The notes beneath the pieces were generated by a model, which worked only from the letters and a program-made list of their open reading frames with translations, was not told the origin of the DNA and did not search any database. From NCBI GenBank assembly GCA_003194435.1, contig PQXC01000005.1, forward strand, positions 30,110-94,109: 64,000 nt of DNA, in the 5' to 3' direction. Position numbers and translations under genes: made by a program. Below, piece after piece: positions 1 through 9,344 of the stretch. The DNA is from Candidatus Methanophagaceae archaeon. GTDB lineage: Archaea > Halobacteriota > Syntropharchaeia > Alkanophagales > Methanospirareceae. The stretch's first letter is position 1, and every line of letters begins with the position of its first letter.

Positions 1-1437
1 AGAGAAGAGGGGGATTTCAGGCGCGATTTCTTGAAGAAGGTGGGCAGGCGGATATACAGGGATAAGATGATAGAGGATGACTGGTTGCGAGTGACGGCAT
101 TGGGGGGCTGTCGAGAAGTTGGGAGGAATGCATTCCTGCTTTCTACGCCGGAGACGAGGGTCTTAATTGACTGTGGAGTGAGTGTAGGCTCGGAAGGCAT
201 GCCCTACTTATATGTACCGGAGGTGTCCCCGATAAGCAATCTGGATGCTGTTGTGATAACACATGCGCATCTCGATCATTCGGGTCTTGTGCCACTCCTG
301 TTTCTATACGGTTATGATGGACCGATATACACAACACAGCCGACGAGGGACCTTATGGCTCTTCTTCTGCTTGATTATATAGAGGTCTCAGCGAGAGAGG
401 GTAAGAAGATACCATATAAATCGGCAATGATAAGAGATGCAATAAGACATACGATACCGCTGAAGTATGGTGAGGTGACAGATATCTCGCCCGATGTGAA
501 GTTGACTTTTTACAATGCAGGGCACATATTGGGTTCAGCAATCGCATATTTCCATCTGGGGAATGGTTCTGTATCGCATAACATTGCGTTCACAGGTGAT
601 ATAAAGTATGAACGTACCTTCCTATTTGACCCTGCATTCAATGCTTTTCCCAGGCTGGATACGCTGGTTATTGAATCCACGTATGGTGGTATGAATGATC
701 AACAGCCCTCAAGGCGAGAGGCAGAGAGGAACCTGAAGGACGAGATAGAACGAACGATAAAGCGGGGTGGGAAGGTAATAATACCGGCATTCGCGGTTGG
801 GCGTTCTCAGGAAGTGATGATTGCGCTTGAAGGTATGCAGCTGGATGTGCCGGTGTATTTAGATGGTATGATATGGGAGGCGACATCTGTACATACTGCA
901 TACCCGGAATATCTGAACAGGAGTTTGAAGAATTCTATATTCCAGGGTGAGAATCCTTTCCTATCAGATATCTTCGTGCAGGTGGATGATGCAGATAAGC
1001 GAAAGGAGGTAATAGAGGAGAAAGAGTCCTCAATTATACTCGCTACTTCAGGCATGCTCAATGGTGGACCGGTTCTGGAATACCTGAAGGGACTTGCAGC
1101 CGATGAGAAGAATACACTCATATTCGTTGGTTATCAGGCAGAGGGTACATTAGGGCGGAGGATACAGAAGGGCTGGAATGAGATACAGTTATCGGATGAT
1201 GGTAAGATAAGGAATATAAAGATAGGGATGGATATAAGGACAGTGGATGGCTTTTCAGGTCATTCAGATCGTAACCAGCTGATTGAATTCGTGAAGGGGA
1301 TTCGACCATTGCCTTCAAAGGTGGTATGCATGCATGGTGAGAATAGCAAATGCATAGCACTGGCAAGTGGGATACACAAGAAATTCAATATAGAGACGAC
1401 GGCGCCGATGAATCTGGAGACTCTGAGATTGGTATAA
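1..1437 (+). CDS. fttA: Beta-CASP ribonuclease aCPSF1/FttA (transcription termination factor), 5'-partial
   Basis: Motifs LGGCREVGR, THAHLDHSG, NAGHILGS, ESTYG and FSGHSD. The frame is open from position 1, so the KH-domain N-terminus lies outside the window. Confidence 0.93.
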   Translation, partial: REEGDFRRDFLKKVGRRIYRDKMIEDDWLRVTALGGCREVGRNAFLLSTPETRVLIDCGVSVGSEGMPYLYVPEVSPISNLDAVVITHAHLDHSGLVPLLFLYGYDGPIYTTQPTRDLMALLLLDYIEVSAREGKKIPYKSAMIRDAIRHTIPLKYGEVTDISPDVKLTFYNAGHILGSAIAYFHLGNGSVSHNIAFTGDIKYERTFLFDPAFNAFPRLDTLVIESTYGGMNDQQPSRREAERNLKDEIERTIKRGGKVIIPAFAVGRSQEVMIALEGMQLDVPVYLDGMIWEATSVHTAYPEYLNRSLKNSIFQGENPFLSDIFVQVDDADKRKEVIEEKESSIILATSGMLNGGPVLEYLKGLAADEKNTLIFVGYQAEGTLGRRIQKGWNEIQLSDDGKIRNIKIGMDIRTVDGFSGHSDRNQLIEFVKGIRPLPSKVVCMHGENSKCIALASGIHKKFNIETTAPMNLETLRLV

Positions 1438-1486
1438 GAAGCTTTAGAAAGAGGAATAAAAGATAAAGGTAAAGGTGAGAGAGAAG

Positions 1487-2311
1487 ATGACAACGATAAG
1501 GGAGAGAATGGAGAGGATGAGTATAGGGAAGCGGATAAGGATGGAGAGGATAGTGGACCGGAATAGCGGTAGAAGTGTTATTGTGCCGATGGACCATGGT
1601 GTGACCTCAGGTCCGATATACGGCTTGACGGACATGAAACAGGCAGTGAATGCAATAGCAGAGGGTGGAGCGAATGCGGTTCTTCTCCATAAAGGTATTG
1701 TGATTGCGGGGCATCGGGGCTATGGTAAGGATATAGGGCTTGTGATTCACCTCTCAGCAAGTACCTCGCTGGGTCCAGACCCACTGGCGAAGGTCATGGT
1801 GGCGACGGTAGAAGAAGCGATCAGGCTGGGTGCTGATGCGGTATCAATGCATGTGAATGTGGGTGCGGATAGCGAGCCGGAGATGCTCGAGGAGCTCGGG
1901 GAGACGGCAATGATATGTGAGGAATGGAGCATGCCTCTCCTGGCGATGATGTATCCCAGGGGTAAGAAGGTGAAGAATGAGCATGACCCCGAGATGGTGA
2001 TGCATGTGGCACGTGTAGGTGCAGAGTTAGGTGCTGACATCATCAAGACGAACTATACCGGAGATCCCGATACATTCAAAGATGTGATACAGAGTTGCCC
2101 GGTGCCAGTGATTATAGCTGGCGGACCAAAGGCGAATACGGATGCAGAGGTACTGAAGATGGTGGAGGATGCGATTTCTGCGGGTGCCTCAGGGGTATCA
2201 ATAGGGAGGAATGTCTTTCAACACGAGAATCCAACGAAGATGACAATAGCAATAAGTAAGATAGTGCATGAGGGCATCACGGCTGCAGAGGCGATGGAGA
2301 TGTTGAAGTGA
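1487..2311 (+). CDS. aroA': 2-amino-3,7-dideoxy-D-threo-hept-6-ulosonate synthase (class I aldolase, MJ0400 family)
   Basis: Motifs [28 protein letters not shown] and [16 protein letters not shown] precedes ATG 1487; the start could be 1517. Confidence 0.85.
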   Translation: MTTIRERMERMSIGKRIRMERIVDRNSGRSVIVPMDHGVTSGPIYGLTDMKQAVNAIAEGGANAVLLHKGIVIAGHRGYGKDIGLVIHLSASTSLGPDPLAKVMVATVEEAIRLGADAVSMHVNVGADSEPEMLEELGETAMICEEWSMPLLAMMYPRGKKVKNEHDPEMVMHVARVGAELGADIIKTNYTGDPDTFKDVIQSCPVPVIIAGGPKANTDAEVLKMVEDAISAGASGVSIGRNVFQHENPTKMTIAISKIVHEGITAAEAMEMLK

Positions 2312-2340
2312 GATAATGATAATAACCCAATAGCCCTCAA

Positions 2341-3915
2341 ATGGATTCATACAATATTATACTTATATTTTATCTCTTCCTTATATACTGGTTTATTATA
2401 CTATTTCTCGATAAGCAGGGTTTACTGAAGCGCTACAATATCTCTTCATACGGTCCTATTCTACAGATAAGAGCGGTCAGAGGTGAGAGATTACTGGAGA
2501 GGCTGGGTACAGTAAGACGTTTCTGGAGAGCGTACGCCAATATCGGTACTGTTCTGATGATTATGGCGATGGCTTTTATGTTCTTTCTTGTGATTAATGG
2601 CGCATTTACAATATTTATGGTGAGACCGGAGCCAACAGAGTTGAATGAGCCAAGGAACTGGTTGCTTATCCCCGGCTTGAACACTTTTATACCTATGTGT
2701 GCATGGGTAGGCTTTGTAGTTGCGATGATAGTACATGAGTTATCGCATGGGATATTGAGCATTGTGGAGCGAATAAAAGTGAAATCAATGGGGCTTCTGC
2801 TTCTGTTAGTGCCGATAGGAGCATTTACAGAGCCGGATACTGACCAGCTCTTCGGTACGGCATCAGCACATGAGAGGACGCGTATCCTTTCCGCGGGTGT
2901 GATGGGCAATTTCGTCGTTGCTATCGCTGCATTTCTCATCTTCTTCGGTATTCTCTTCTCCGTTCAGCCTGTCAGTGAGAATGTGCTTTATGTTTATGAC
3001 GTAGCCAATGGTAGTCCAGCAGCAGAATATGGTATAGAGCCACATTCGTTCATCACGGCGATGGATGGAGAAGGGGGAGTGAGCGTAGAAGAGCTGAACA
3101 GCAGACTGGAGAAGGGTAAGACTGCTTATCTCACCATTCTGGATAGAAAGGGCAATAAGAAGGAGATAGCGGTAGAAGGTGAAGTGAATGAGGGCGTAAC
3201 AGTGGTGTTTGTGGAGAAAGGCAAGCCAGCAGCGAAAGCAGGTATCAAGGAGGGTATGACCATAATAAAGATGGATAACAGGAGTATAAGGAGTTATGAT
3301 GATTTCTTCTCTTTCATGAACGATACAGTGGTGGGCGAGGAGATAGAAGTGTGGACGAAGAGAGGAGAAGTATTTGAGATTAAGTTAGAGGAATCGCCAT
3401 ATTATGCGAACCGTGGTTATCTGGGCGTTGATGTTGCCAATTGTGCGCTGGGCATGAGAGTGTTGGAATTTCCAACGAGAACTTACCTGGAGTACCTCCG
3501 GGGCATACCTCGTATGCTCTTCAAATCGCCTGCCAGCTTGCTGTTATTGATGACTTTGCCTGTGCTACCACTCAGCATGGGAGGTTTCAGCACTTTTAAT
3601 CCATTGTTATCGCATTTATACACGCCTGTGGGGATGGCATCCGTTTTTGGTGCTGGTATCTTCTCAATTGCCGATGTGCTGTTCTGGATAGCATGGATAA
3701 ATTTCTATGTGGGCTTATTCAACTGTCTGCCAATGTACCCCTTGGATGGATATTATGTATTCAAGGAGGTATTGAATCCAATGCTGAGGATGGTGATAAA
3801 GGAAGAATCGAAGAAAGAACTGGTTTTAAAGACCATCGCTATCTTCACTGCTGTTATCATCTTTTTATCAATTGTATTCATGTTAGTTGCTCCTTTCGTT
3901 TTTGAGCTCCTCTAA
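2341..3915 (+). CDS. Site-2 (M50) intramembrane metalloprotease with PDZ domains
   Basis: HELSH zinc motif, FNCLPMYPLDG motif, PDZ-like SPAA/KPAA segments and multiple TM helices. Confidence 0.9.
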   Translation: MDSYNIILIFYLFLIYWFIILFLDKQGLLKRYNISSYGPILQIRAVRGERLLERLGTVRRFWRAYANIGTVLMIMAMAFMFFLVINGAFTIFMVRPEPTELNEPRNWLLIPGLNTFIPMCAWVGFVVAMIVHELSHGILSIVERIKVKSMGLLLLLVPIGAFTEPDTDQLFGTASAHERTRILSAGVMGNFVVAIAAFLIFFGILFSVQPVSENVLYVYDVANGSPAAEYGIEPHSFITAMDGEGGVSVEELNSRLEKGKTAYLTILDRKGNKKEIAVEGEVNEGVTVVFVEKGKPAAKAGIKEGMTIIKMDNRSIRSYDDFFSFMNDTVVGEEIEVWTKRGEVFEIKLEESPYYANRGYLGVDVANCALGMRVLEFPTRTYLEYLRGIPRMLFKSPASLLLLMTLPVLPLSMGGFSTFNPLLSHLYTPVGMASVFGAGIFSIADVLFWIAWINFYVGLFNCLPMYPLDGYYVFKEVLNPMLRMVIKEESKKELVLKTIAIFTAVIIFLSIVFMLVAPFVFELL

Positions 3916-3967
3916 TGCCTTATCTTTATCTTTGTCTTTATCATTATCTTCCTTACGAGGCGGAGAG

Positions 3968-4432
3968 ATGGACGACAATTTTGATGCCTTGATTGCGGAT
4001 ATAGAGCGAAAGAAGTCGGAGGAAGAACGTAGGATATATAGTGAGAGGACACTAAAAGAGGCGTACAATCCACGAAACGTGGGTAAGCTGGCGGATCCGA
4101 GCGGTCGTGCTCGAATCACAGGTCCGTGTGGCGATACAATGCAGATAGATATAAGAGTGGAAGCGGGAAGGATCAGCGATTGTAAATTCATTACTGATGG
4201 CTGTGGCGCTTCAATCGCATGTGGGAGTGTGGTAACCGAGCTTGCGAAGGGTGAGCGTATAGAGAAGGCGTTAGAAGTAACAGAGAAGGATGTACTGAGG
4301 GTCTTGGGCGGGTTACCGGCGGAAAACGTCCATTGCGCTGCACTGGCGGTGAAGACATTAAGAGCAGCTATCGGTGATTATCAATGCAGGTCACGAAATC
4401 GCAGTGCTTCCGAACCGGAAATTAGCGCATAA
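3968..4432 (+). CDS. iscU: IscU/NifU-N family Fe-S cluster scaffold
   Basis: NPRNVG, GPCGD, GCGASIAC and HCAALA, giving three conserved Cys. Confidence 0.88.
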   Translation: MDDNFDALIADIERKKSEEERRIYSERTLKEAYNPRNVGKLADPSGRARITGPCGDTMQIDIRVEAGRISDCKFITDGCGASIACGSVVTELAKGERIEKALEVTEKDVLRVLGGLPAENVHCAALAVKTLRAAIGDYQCRSRNRSASEPEISA

Positions 4433-4756
4433 AAAGGTATGAAAAGAGCTAAAACAGTTCTTTCAGGACCGCCTTCAGAGCGGCTATAAGCCAGCGTTAG
4501 AGGTAGGAGATGCGGCAAAAGTTTCACGTTTTAATCGCATCCGAAAAGCAGCAGTGCTGAACTCTCTAATTCATCCAACTCCTCCTCCTCTTCTTCCTCT
4601 TTCTCCTTATATCTTTTATCTTTGTGCATTGCACCTCCTTTCTTCTCTGGCACCTCCCCTGGTCCTGGTAATTCCATATGAATTTCAAAATCTCTAACTC
4701 TCATAAATTTTTGCCTCAATACTAGGACACTACATAGTAACATCTAGTAACATCTT

Positions 4757-4934
4757 GAACCTCAAAACATTGTTGAAGAAGCAGCATTTATTGCTTTTAA
4801 AAGAAGAGAAACAGGTAACAAAAATAACAAAGAATGATATAATGAAAGCGGCTGATAAGGCACCAAATTCGGTTACACCTGAGGAGGTAGAGCAAATAGA
4901 GGAATGGGCAAAGGAACGGCGCATGAAAACATGA
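4757..4934 (+). pseudogene. C-terminal relic of an AAA+ ATPase (CDC48/Vps4-like lid and C-terminus), frameshifted
   Basis: Manual translation gives NIVEEAAFIAFKRR, a frameshift, then KITKNDIMKAADKAPNSVTPEEVEQIEEWAKERR*. No start or Walker motifs. Confidence 0.5.
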
Positions 4935-5228
4935 GTATAGGTTCCTATTGACAAAGACAAGCGTAACAGGCGTAAGCAGATGCGGGTTCTATAAGCGGCT
5001 CGGGCAATCGAAGTCCGGACAGGTGAATGCTATACCAGACATGGACAAATGCAGCGGATGGAATCTGGATAGAAGCCTTAACACAGAACAGGCGTTAAAG
5101 GACGTATACAACAAAAAGAAGCTATATTCTGCCATAGGGTACCGCTCTCCCATGGGCTTCGAGAAGGAAAAGGAGAGGAAAGTTTTAAATACTGTTTCTT
5201 AACTATATACTAACCAGGGTGCACTCCA
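4935..5228 (+). mobile_element. Internally deleted IS3-family relic
   Basis: An 84-aa ORF joins IS3 OrfB-like pieces GVSRCGFYKRL, GWNLDRSLNTE and YNKKKLYSAIGYRSPMGFE. It ends in ..GGGTGCACTCCA. The left TIR is not clear. Confidence 0.55.
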
Positions 5229-5287
5229 CAGATAAGGGGCGGGGAAGATGATTAAAATTAAAGATGGAGAAGTTCGACCAGAGGGAT

Positions 5288-5370
5288 GTATATGCGAACT
5301 TAACTTCGGATATAATGCTAAAACGGTGGTATATACGAACTCGAGTTCGGATATACCGAAGTTGTCCGAA
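5288..5370 (+). other. attI-like (or atypical attC) recombination site at the head of the cassette array
   Basis: Two 27-bp near-palindromic direct repeats (5288-5314 and 5329-5355, 23/27 identical), followed by the core GTTGTCC at 5361, which complements the inverse core of attC1. Confidence 0.55.
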
Positions 5371-5410
5371 ATCAGCCGAAGTGCCTTAAATTTAAAGAGG
5401 TGATATAAGT

Positions 5411-6505
5411 ATGAAATTGAATGATGAGCAAATAAAATTGTTGCTTGATAAATTAGTAGCGTCAGAAGAAGCACAAGCATGGGTAAAGCAGAGGTGGGAA
5501 GACCACAAACGATGGAAAGAATGGATCGATCCTGACAAATTGGATACTCTTTCAGATGATGAGTTAAAAAGCAGATTTTTAGAATACTTTAACGAAGGCG
5601 CGGGAAGGCATCCATTTAATGCTGTTTATAGAGACAGAATAGTTAGAGACATCAAGAAATTTAGAGAAGTAATGAAGTTTTTGCTTGATGAATCCATACC
5701 AATAAAGAGAAGGTTAAATGAGATTCTAAACAGAGACGGAAGGTTTCATATTGAAGGAATTGGAAAAGGTCTTGCCACTTCAATTTTAATGGATTTAGAC
5801 CCACAAAAATATGCTACATGGAACAACAAAACAAATATGGGATTGGAAGCTTTGGGTTTAACCCCTCAATTTGTAAGGGGGGATGATTGGGGAACAAGAT
5901 ATGAAAAAGTTATGAAAATTATCAAACATATTAAGGATTTAAAGCCAGAATTTAGCTTCTTAGAGGTTGACCATTTTTTGCATATAGTTTCTGCAACAGA
6001 AGAAGGTAAAGAAGCTGTTAGGGCATTAATTGAGGGTAAAGAAATATCCTCTGAAGTTTCGGAGACAATGAGTCAAATATCAAAAGAAAAAGAGAGTATG
6101 GAATTCGTGATGGAGAAATATTTAGAGGAATTCATCGAGGAAAATTTTGACAAAATAGATTTCGGAGCAAAACTTGAGTTATATCAAGACGAAGAAAATA
6201 CTGGGAGACAATATCCTACTCCAGTTGGTAATATTGATTTACTAGCAATGGATAGAAACAAGAAAGAGTTTGTAGTCATAGAGTTAAAGAAAGGGAGGAG
6301 CAGTGATGTTGTAGTAGGACAGATTTTAAGATATATGGGATGGGTAAAGGAAAATTTAGCGGTTAATGATTACGACCAATATAATATAAGAGGAATTATC
6401 ATATCTAAAGAGAAAGATGATAGATTGGAATACGCTCTAAAAATGCTACAAAACGTAAATGTATTCTTATATTCGGTTTCCTTTGAGTTAAGGAGGGTGA
6501 TATAG
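5411..6505 (+). CDS. Cassette 1: protein with a C-terminal NucS/DUF91-like PD-(D/E)XK endonuclease domain
   Basis: EKYLEEFIEEN, RQYPTPVGNIDLLA, VVIELKKG and GQILRYMGWV. GAGGTGA RBS upstream. Confidence 0.75.
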   Translation: MKLNDEQIKLLLDKLVASEEAQAWVKQRWEDHKRWKEWIDPDKLDTLSDDELKSRFLEYFNEGAGRHPFNAVYRDRIVRDIKKFREVMKFLLDESIPIKRRLNEILNRDGRFHIEGIGKGLATSILMDLDPQKYATWNNKTNMGLEALGLTPQFVRGDDWGTRYEKVMKIIKHIKDLKPEFSFLEVDHFLHIVSATEEGKEAVRALIEGKEISSEVSETMSQISKEKESMEFVMEKYLEEFIEENFDKIDFGAKLELYQDEENTGRQYPTPVGNIDLLAMDRNKKEFVVIELKKGRSSDVVVGQILRYMGWVKENLAVNDYDQYNIRGIIISKEKDDRLEYALKMLQNVNVFLYSVSFELRRVI

Positions 6506-6552
6506 ATGGCACTTCGGCTGAATCTCCGCTTCGCTTCGGTGCTATCGCACTC

Positions 6553-6640
6553 GGACAACAGGCGGATATGTGGCTTCGCCTTCGGCTACGCCCAAATTTC
6601 GCCTTACGGCGAAACTTCACATATCCCCAGAACGTTGTGC
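6553..6640 (+). other. attC-like site 1
   Basis: GGACAAC ... GGATATGTG / CACATATCC ... GTTGTGC, with two internal hairpins; 88 bp. Confidence 0.85.
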
Positions 6641-6666
6641 GAAATCAATAATAAGGAGGATAAGAA

Positions 6667-7381
6667 ATGAAGACTACTGAAAATAAAGAAAAGCCAATAA
6701 TTTTTGTATCACATATAGCAGAAGAAAAAGAAGTTGCTATTGCTTTTAAAGAACTCTTAGAGAATAGTTTTCTAGGAATGGTTGAAGTATTTGTTTCCTC
6801 GGATGAGAAAAGTATCGAAATGGGGCAGAAATGGTTAGAAAGAATAACTGAGGCATTAAAAGCTTGTGCTGTCAAAGTAATAATATGTAGCCCTAAATCC
6901 GTAAACAAGCCTTGGATAAAAGCTACCAATACCGCTAAATATGCTTCAAGCAGGAGTTGCTACAGAAGCATCAAGCCTTAAATTAATATTTTCTGTAATT
7001 GCAAAAGTTTTAGGAGCAAAAGAGCCGAAAGTAGACTTTTCAGAATTCATTAGCAAAATTAGAGAGTTTGAAAAGATTTATACTTACTGGGATGATATAA
7101 ACAGAGTTTTTGAAGAAATACATCGTATAAATCCACAGATAATAGAAGCCCTAAAATCTCGAAAGAATATTCAAATTCAACTTACAGAACCTCAAATAAA
7201 TATGTTTGAAAACATATTTCGACAACTAGAGGAGAAAAACATCTTAAGATTTAGGAGAATAGGTGGAGCTACTATAACACCAATAGGAATGTATATTAAT
7301 TGCGTGATAGAAATTCTACCAGATTTCAAAAAGGTGGTTTCCGATGGACATTTCATATTTTGCAGGGATTTTAAAGCATGA
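6667..7381 (+). pseudogene. Cassette 2: TIR-domain protein split by an internal deletion/frameshift
   Basis: TIR motifs IFVSH..EEKEVA, VFVSSD, G.KWLERI and CSPKSVNKPWI, then a frame switch to KLPIPLNMLQA (ORFs 6667-6981 and 6941-7381). Confidence 0.75.
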
Positions 7382-7385
7382 CTTC

Positions 7386-7461
7386 GCACAATAAACGGGT
7401 ATACGGTTCGCTTCGCTCACCCAAACCCTTGCGGGCTTCGTATACCCGCAAACCGTTATAT
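7386..7461 (+). other. attC-like site 2 (inverse core AAT instead of AAC)
   Basis: GCACAAT ... CGGGTATACG / CGTATACCCG ... GTTATAT; 76 bp. Confidence 0.82.
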
Positions 7462-7525
7462 GAAATGCGAGCGGAGGCAAAAATCTTTAGAAAAAGTAAA
7501 TCAAAAATAATAAAAGAGGAGAAAT

Positions 7526-8644
7526 ATGAGTAAATTTATGTTTAAGATTGGAGAGAAGATATTTCAAATAGAAGATCTTGGTGAGTCCGTGAACTCTCAG
7601 TTTTTGAGACTACATGAGAGCCATTTTTCTGGACGCGGTTTTGACCTCACTAAGTTTAGAAAAGAGGCATTAGATTTTTTCGATCATAGCGATGGCAATT
7701 ATCACGCTCACGATGAATTTTTTAATAATTTTACCATTATTTGGCGATCCTTTTTAAATCAAAGGCGTTTTAAAAACGCAGAGTATCTCTGGGACTTTGC
7801 TTTAAATATCGCCTATGATTGGGAAAACAAAAATCAAAACAAAAGAATCCATAAGGGAACTCCATACTATTTCTGGGGTGTGACTTGTATCTTGAATGGG
7901 GATTTGGAAAAAGGGTTTTTGCTAATGCACCAAGCATTGGAAGAGGACAAAAAGACTCATCAAACCAAAACTCCTAAAACTCCCGCATATTCTTTTGTTA
8001 CTCTGGATTATGAAAATCAGAACCAGTTCTTTAGACCAAAAGTGAGAGAAATTGCAAAATTCCTTGATGAAAATTATTTGAACAGTTACCGTTCTTCGAG
8101 GGGAGGGACATTAACTTTATCTGACTTTAAAACAAAATTCTTGGAAGAATCTGCTTTACAAGAAGTAGTTTTTTACTTTATTTTTGAATTATTCCGTCTT
8201 AAAAAGTTGCTTGAAGAGATAAATCAAAGATTAACACAGAATGTCTTCAGCTCTTTGCTACAAGCAAACACAATATTTACTCTTTGTCTCATCATAGATA
8301 ATGTTATTAAGCAAAAAAATCCCAATCAATGGAAATTTTCAGAACACCTGAAATTTTTATCTTCTAGATCCTCATTAAACCTTAATGATCAAAAGATTGG
8401 AGAATTAAATGGAGCATTCACAAACAATTTTTCCAATACGCTACAAAAATTATTAAGTTCACAATACCAATTTCAAGATGTAACTACACCGCAACCTATT
8501 GAGGAAGATTTAGCAATTACCTATGGTTTTAGAAATTTTGGAGCTCATAAAGTAGAAGATCAACCTGTTGTTTATCAAAACTTTGATGAAATATCGAGGA
8601 GGATTTTAAATGCTTTATTTTTCTCCGTCGAAAAATTGTACTAA
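7526..8644 (+). CDS. Cassette 3: hypothetical helical protein with a C-terminal HEPN-like RxxxxH motif
   Basis: 372-aa ORF with GAGGAG RBS, a TPR-like segment (YYFWGVTCILNGDLEKGFLLMHQALEED) and FRNFGAH near the C-terminus. Confidence 0.6.
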   Translation: MSKFMFKIGEKIFQIEDLGESVNSQFLRLHESHFSGRGFDLTKFRKEALDFFDHSDGNYHAHDEFFNNFTIIWRSFLNQRRFKNAEYLWDFALNIAYDWENKNQNKRIHKGTPYYFWGVTCILNGDLEKGFLLMHQALEEDKKTHQTKTPKTPAYSFVTLDYENQNQFFRPKVREIAKFLDENYLNSYRSSRGGTLTLSDFKTKFLEESALQEVVFYFIFELFRLKKLLEEINQRLTQNVFSSLLQANTIFTLCLIIDNVIKQKNPNQWKFSEHLKFLSSRSSLNLNDQKIGELNGAFTNNFSNTLQKLLSSQYQFQDVTTPQPIEEDLAITYGFRNFGAHKVEDQPVVYQNFDEISRRILNALFFSVEKLY

Positions 8645-8706
8645 GAATGTCTCCGCTCGCACTCTGCGGCTTCCTACGGAAGCCTTGCCTCGCCTTCTGC
8701 TCGGTC

Positions 8707-8788
8707 ATATAACACGGGCTATACGGCTCACTCCGTTCGCCCAAATACCGCCAAAGGCGGAACTTCGTATAGCCCGAATACGTTATCG
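8707..8788 (+). other. attC-like site 3
   Basis: ATATAAC ... CGGGCTATACG / CGTATAGCCCG ... GTTATCG; 82 bp. Confidence 0.87.
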
Positions 8789-8805
8789 GAAATGGCGGGA
8801 AATAA

Positions 8806-9050
8806 ATGGTTGAAATCCATGCAAAGATACAGCAAACTATATAAAGAATACCAGCATGGTCAAATTGATAAGGAATATAGCCCATAATTGCCATAACAAT
8901 TCCCACCGGGACACCTACCATAAAAACCCAGCCGAAACAGAAAACCATAAGTAATGCACCATAAATATGGTAGGCATAGCTTATTTTTAGCAGCTCTAAT
9001 GATCCAATACCGAAGATGATTAGGTCGCATATATACTCTTTTTTCATCAT
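8806..9050 (-). pseudogene. Small membrane protein gene, apparently truncated where it runs into attC3
   Basis: ATG 9050 overlaps the upstream stop. The sequence is hydrophobic to about 8806; the frame then reads through attC3 to a stop at 8529. Confidence 0.4.
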
Positions 9051-9301
9051 AATTTTCCCCAGCATCTATCAATCAAATATCCAAGTCCAGCACCGAACAT
9101 GATACCAATAATTGGTGCTAACAAGAAGAATACAATATGACTATTCCAGATATCTGCGATAAAAAATGCAAGAGTGGTTGGCAAACCAAAAGTATATCTT
9201 ATCAGAGGATGATTAAGCCACACCCCACCCGAAAGGATTATTATACTTGTCAATCCCCAAATCCCGCCGATTATTGATCCAATTTTCCATTTTTTCATCA
9301 T
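9047..9301 (-). CDS. Small hypothetical membrane protein (2-3 TM)
   Basis: 84-aa hydrophobic ORF in ATGA overlap with the next ORF. Confidence 0.55.
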   Translation of the reverse strand: MMKKWKIGSIIGGIWGLTSIIILSGGVWLNHPLIRYTFGLPTTLAFFIADIWNSHIVFFLLAPIIGIMFGAGLGYLIDRCWGKL

Positions 9302-9344
9302 AATTTATTATACCTACTTTACTTTGGTATGAAAATACTTCGAA

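Noticed and set aside
4531..4743. 70-aa ORF with a poly-Glu run
   Set aside because: Low complexity and no recognisable motif; cannot be supported as a gene.
5199..5480. Minus-strand ORF as the missing integrase
   Set aside because: Only 93 aa, no R-H-R-Y tyrosine recombinase motifs, and it overlaps cassette 1.
6506..8790. Intergenic hairpins as tRNAs or simple terminators
   Set aside because: No cloverleaf, T-loop or U-tract; the AAC/GTT cores and cassette-end complementarity fit attC better.
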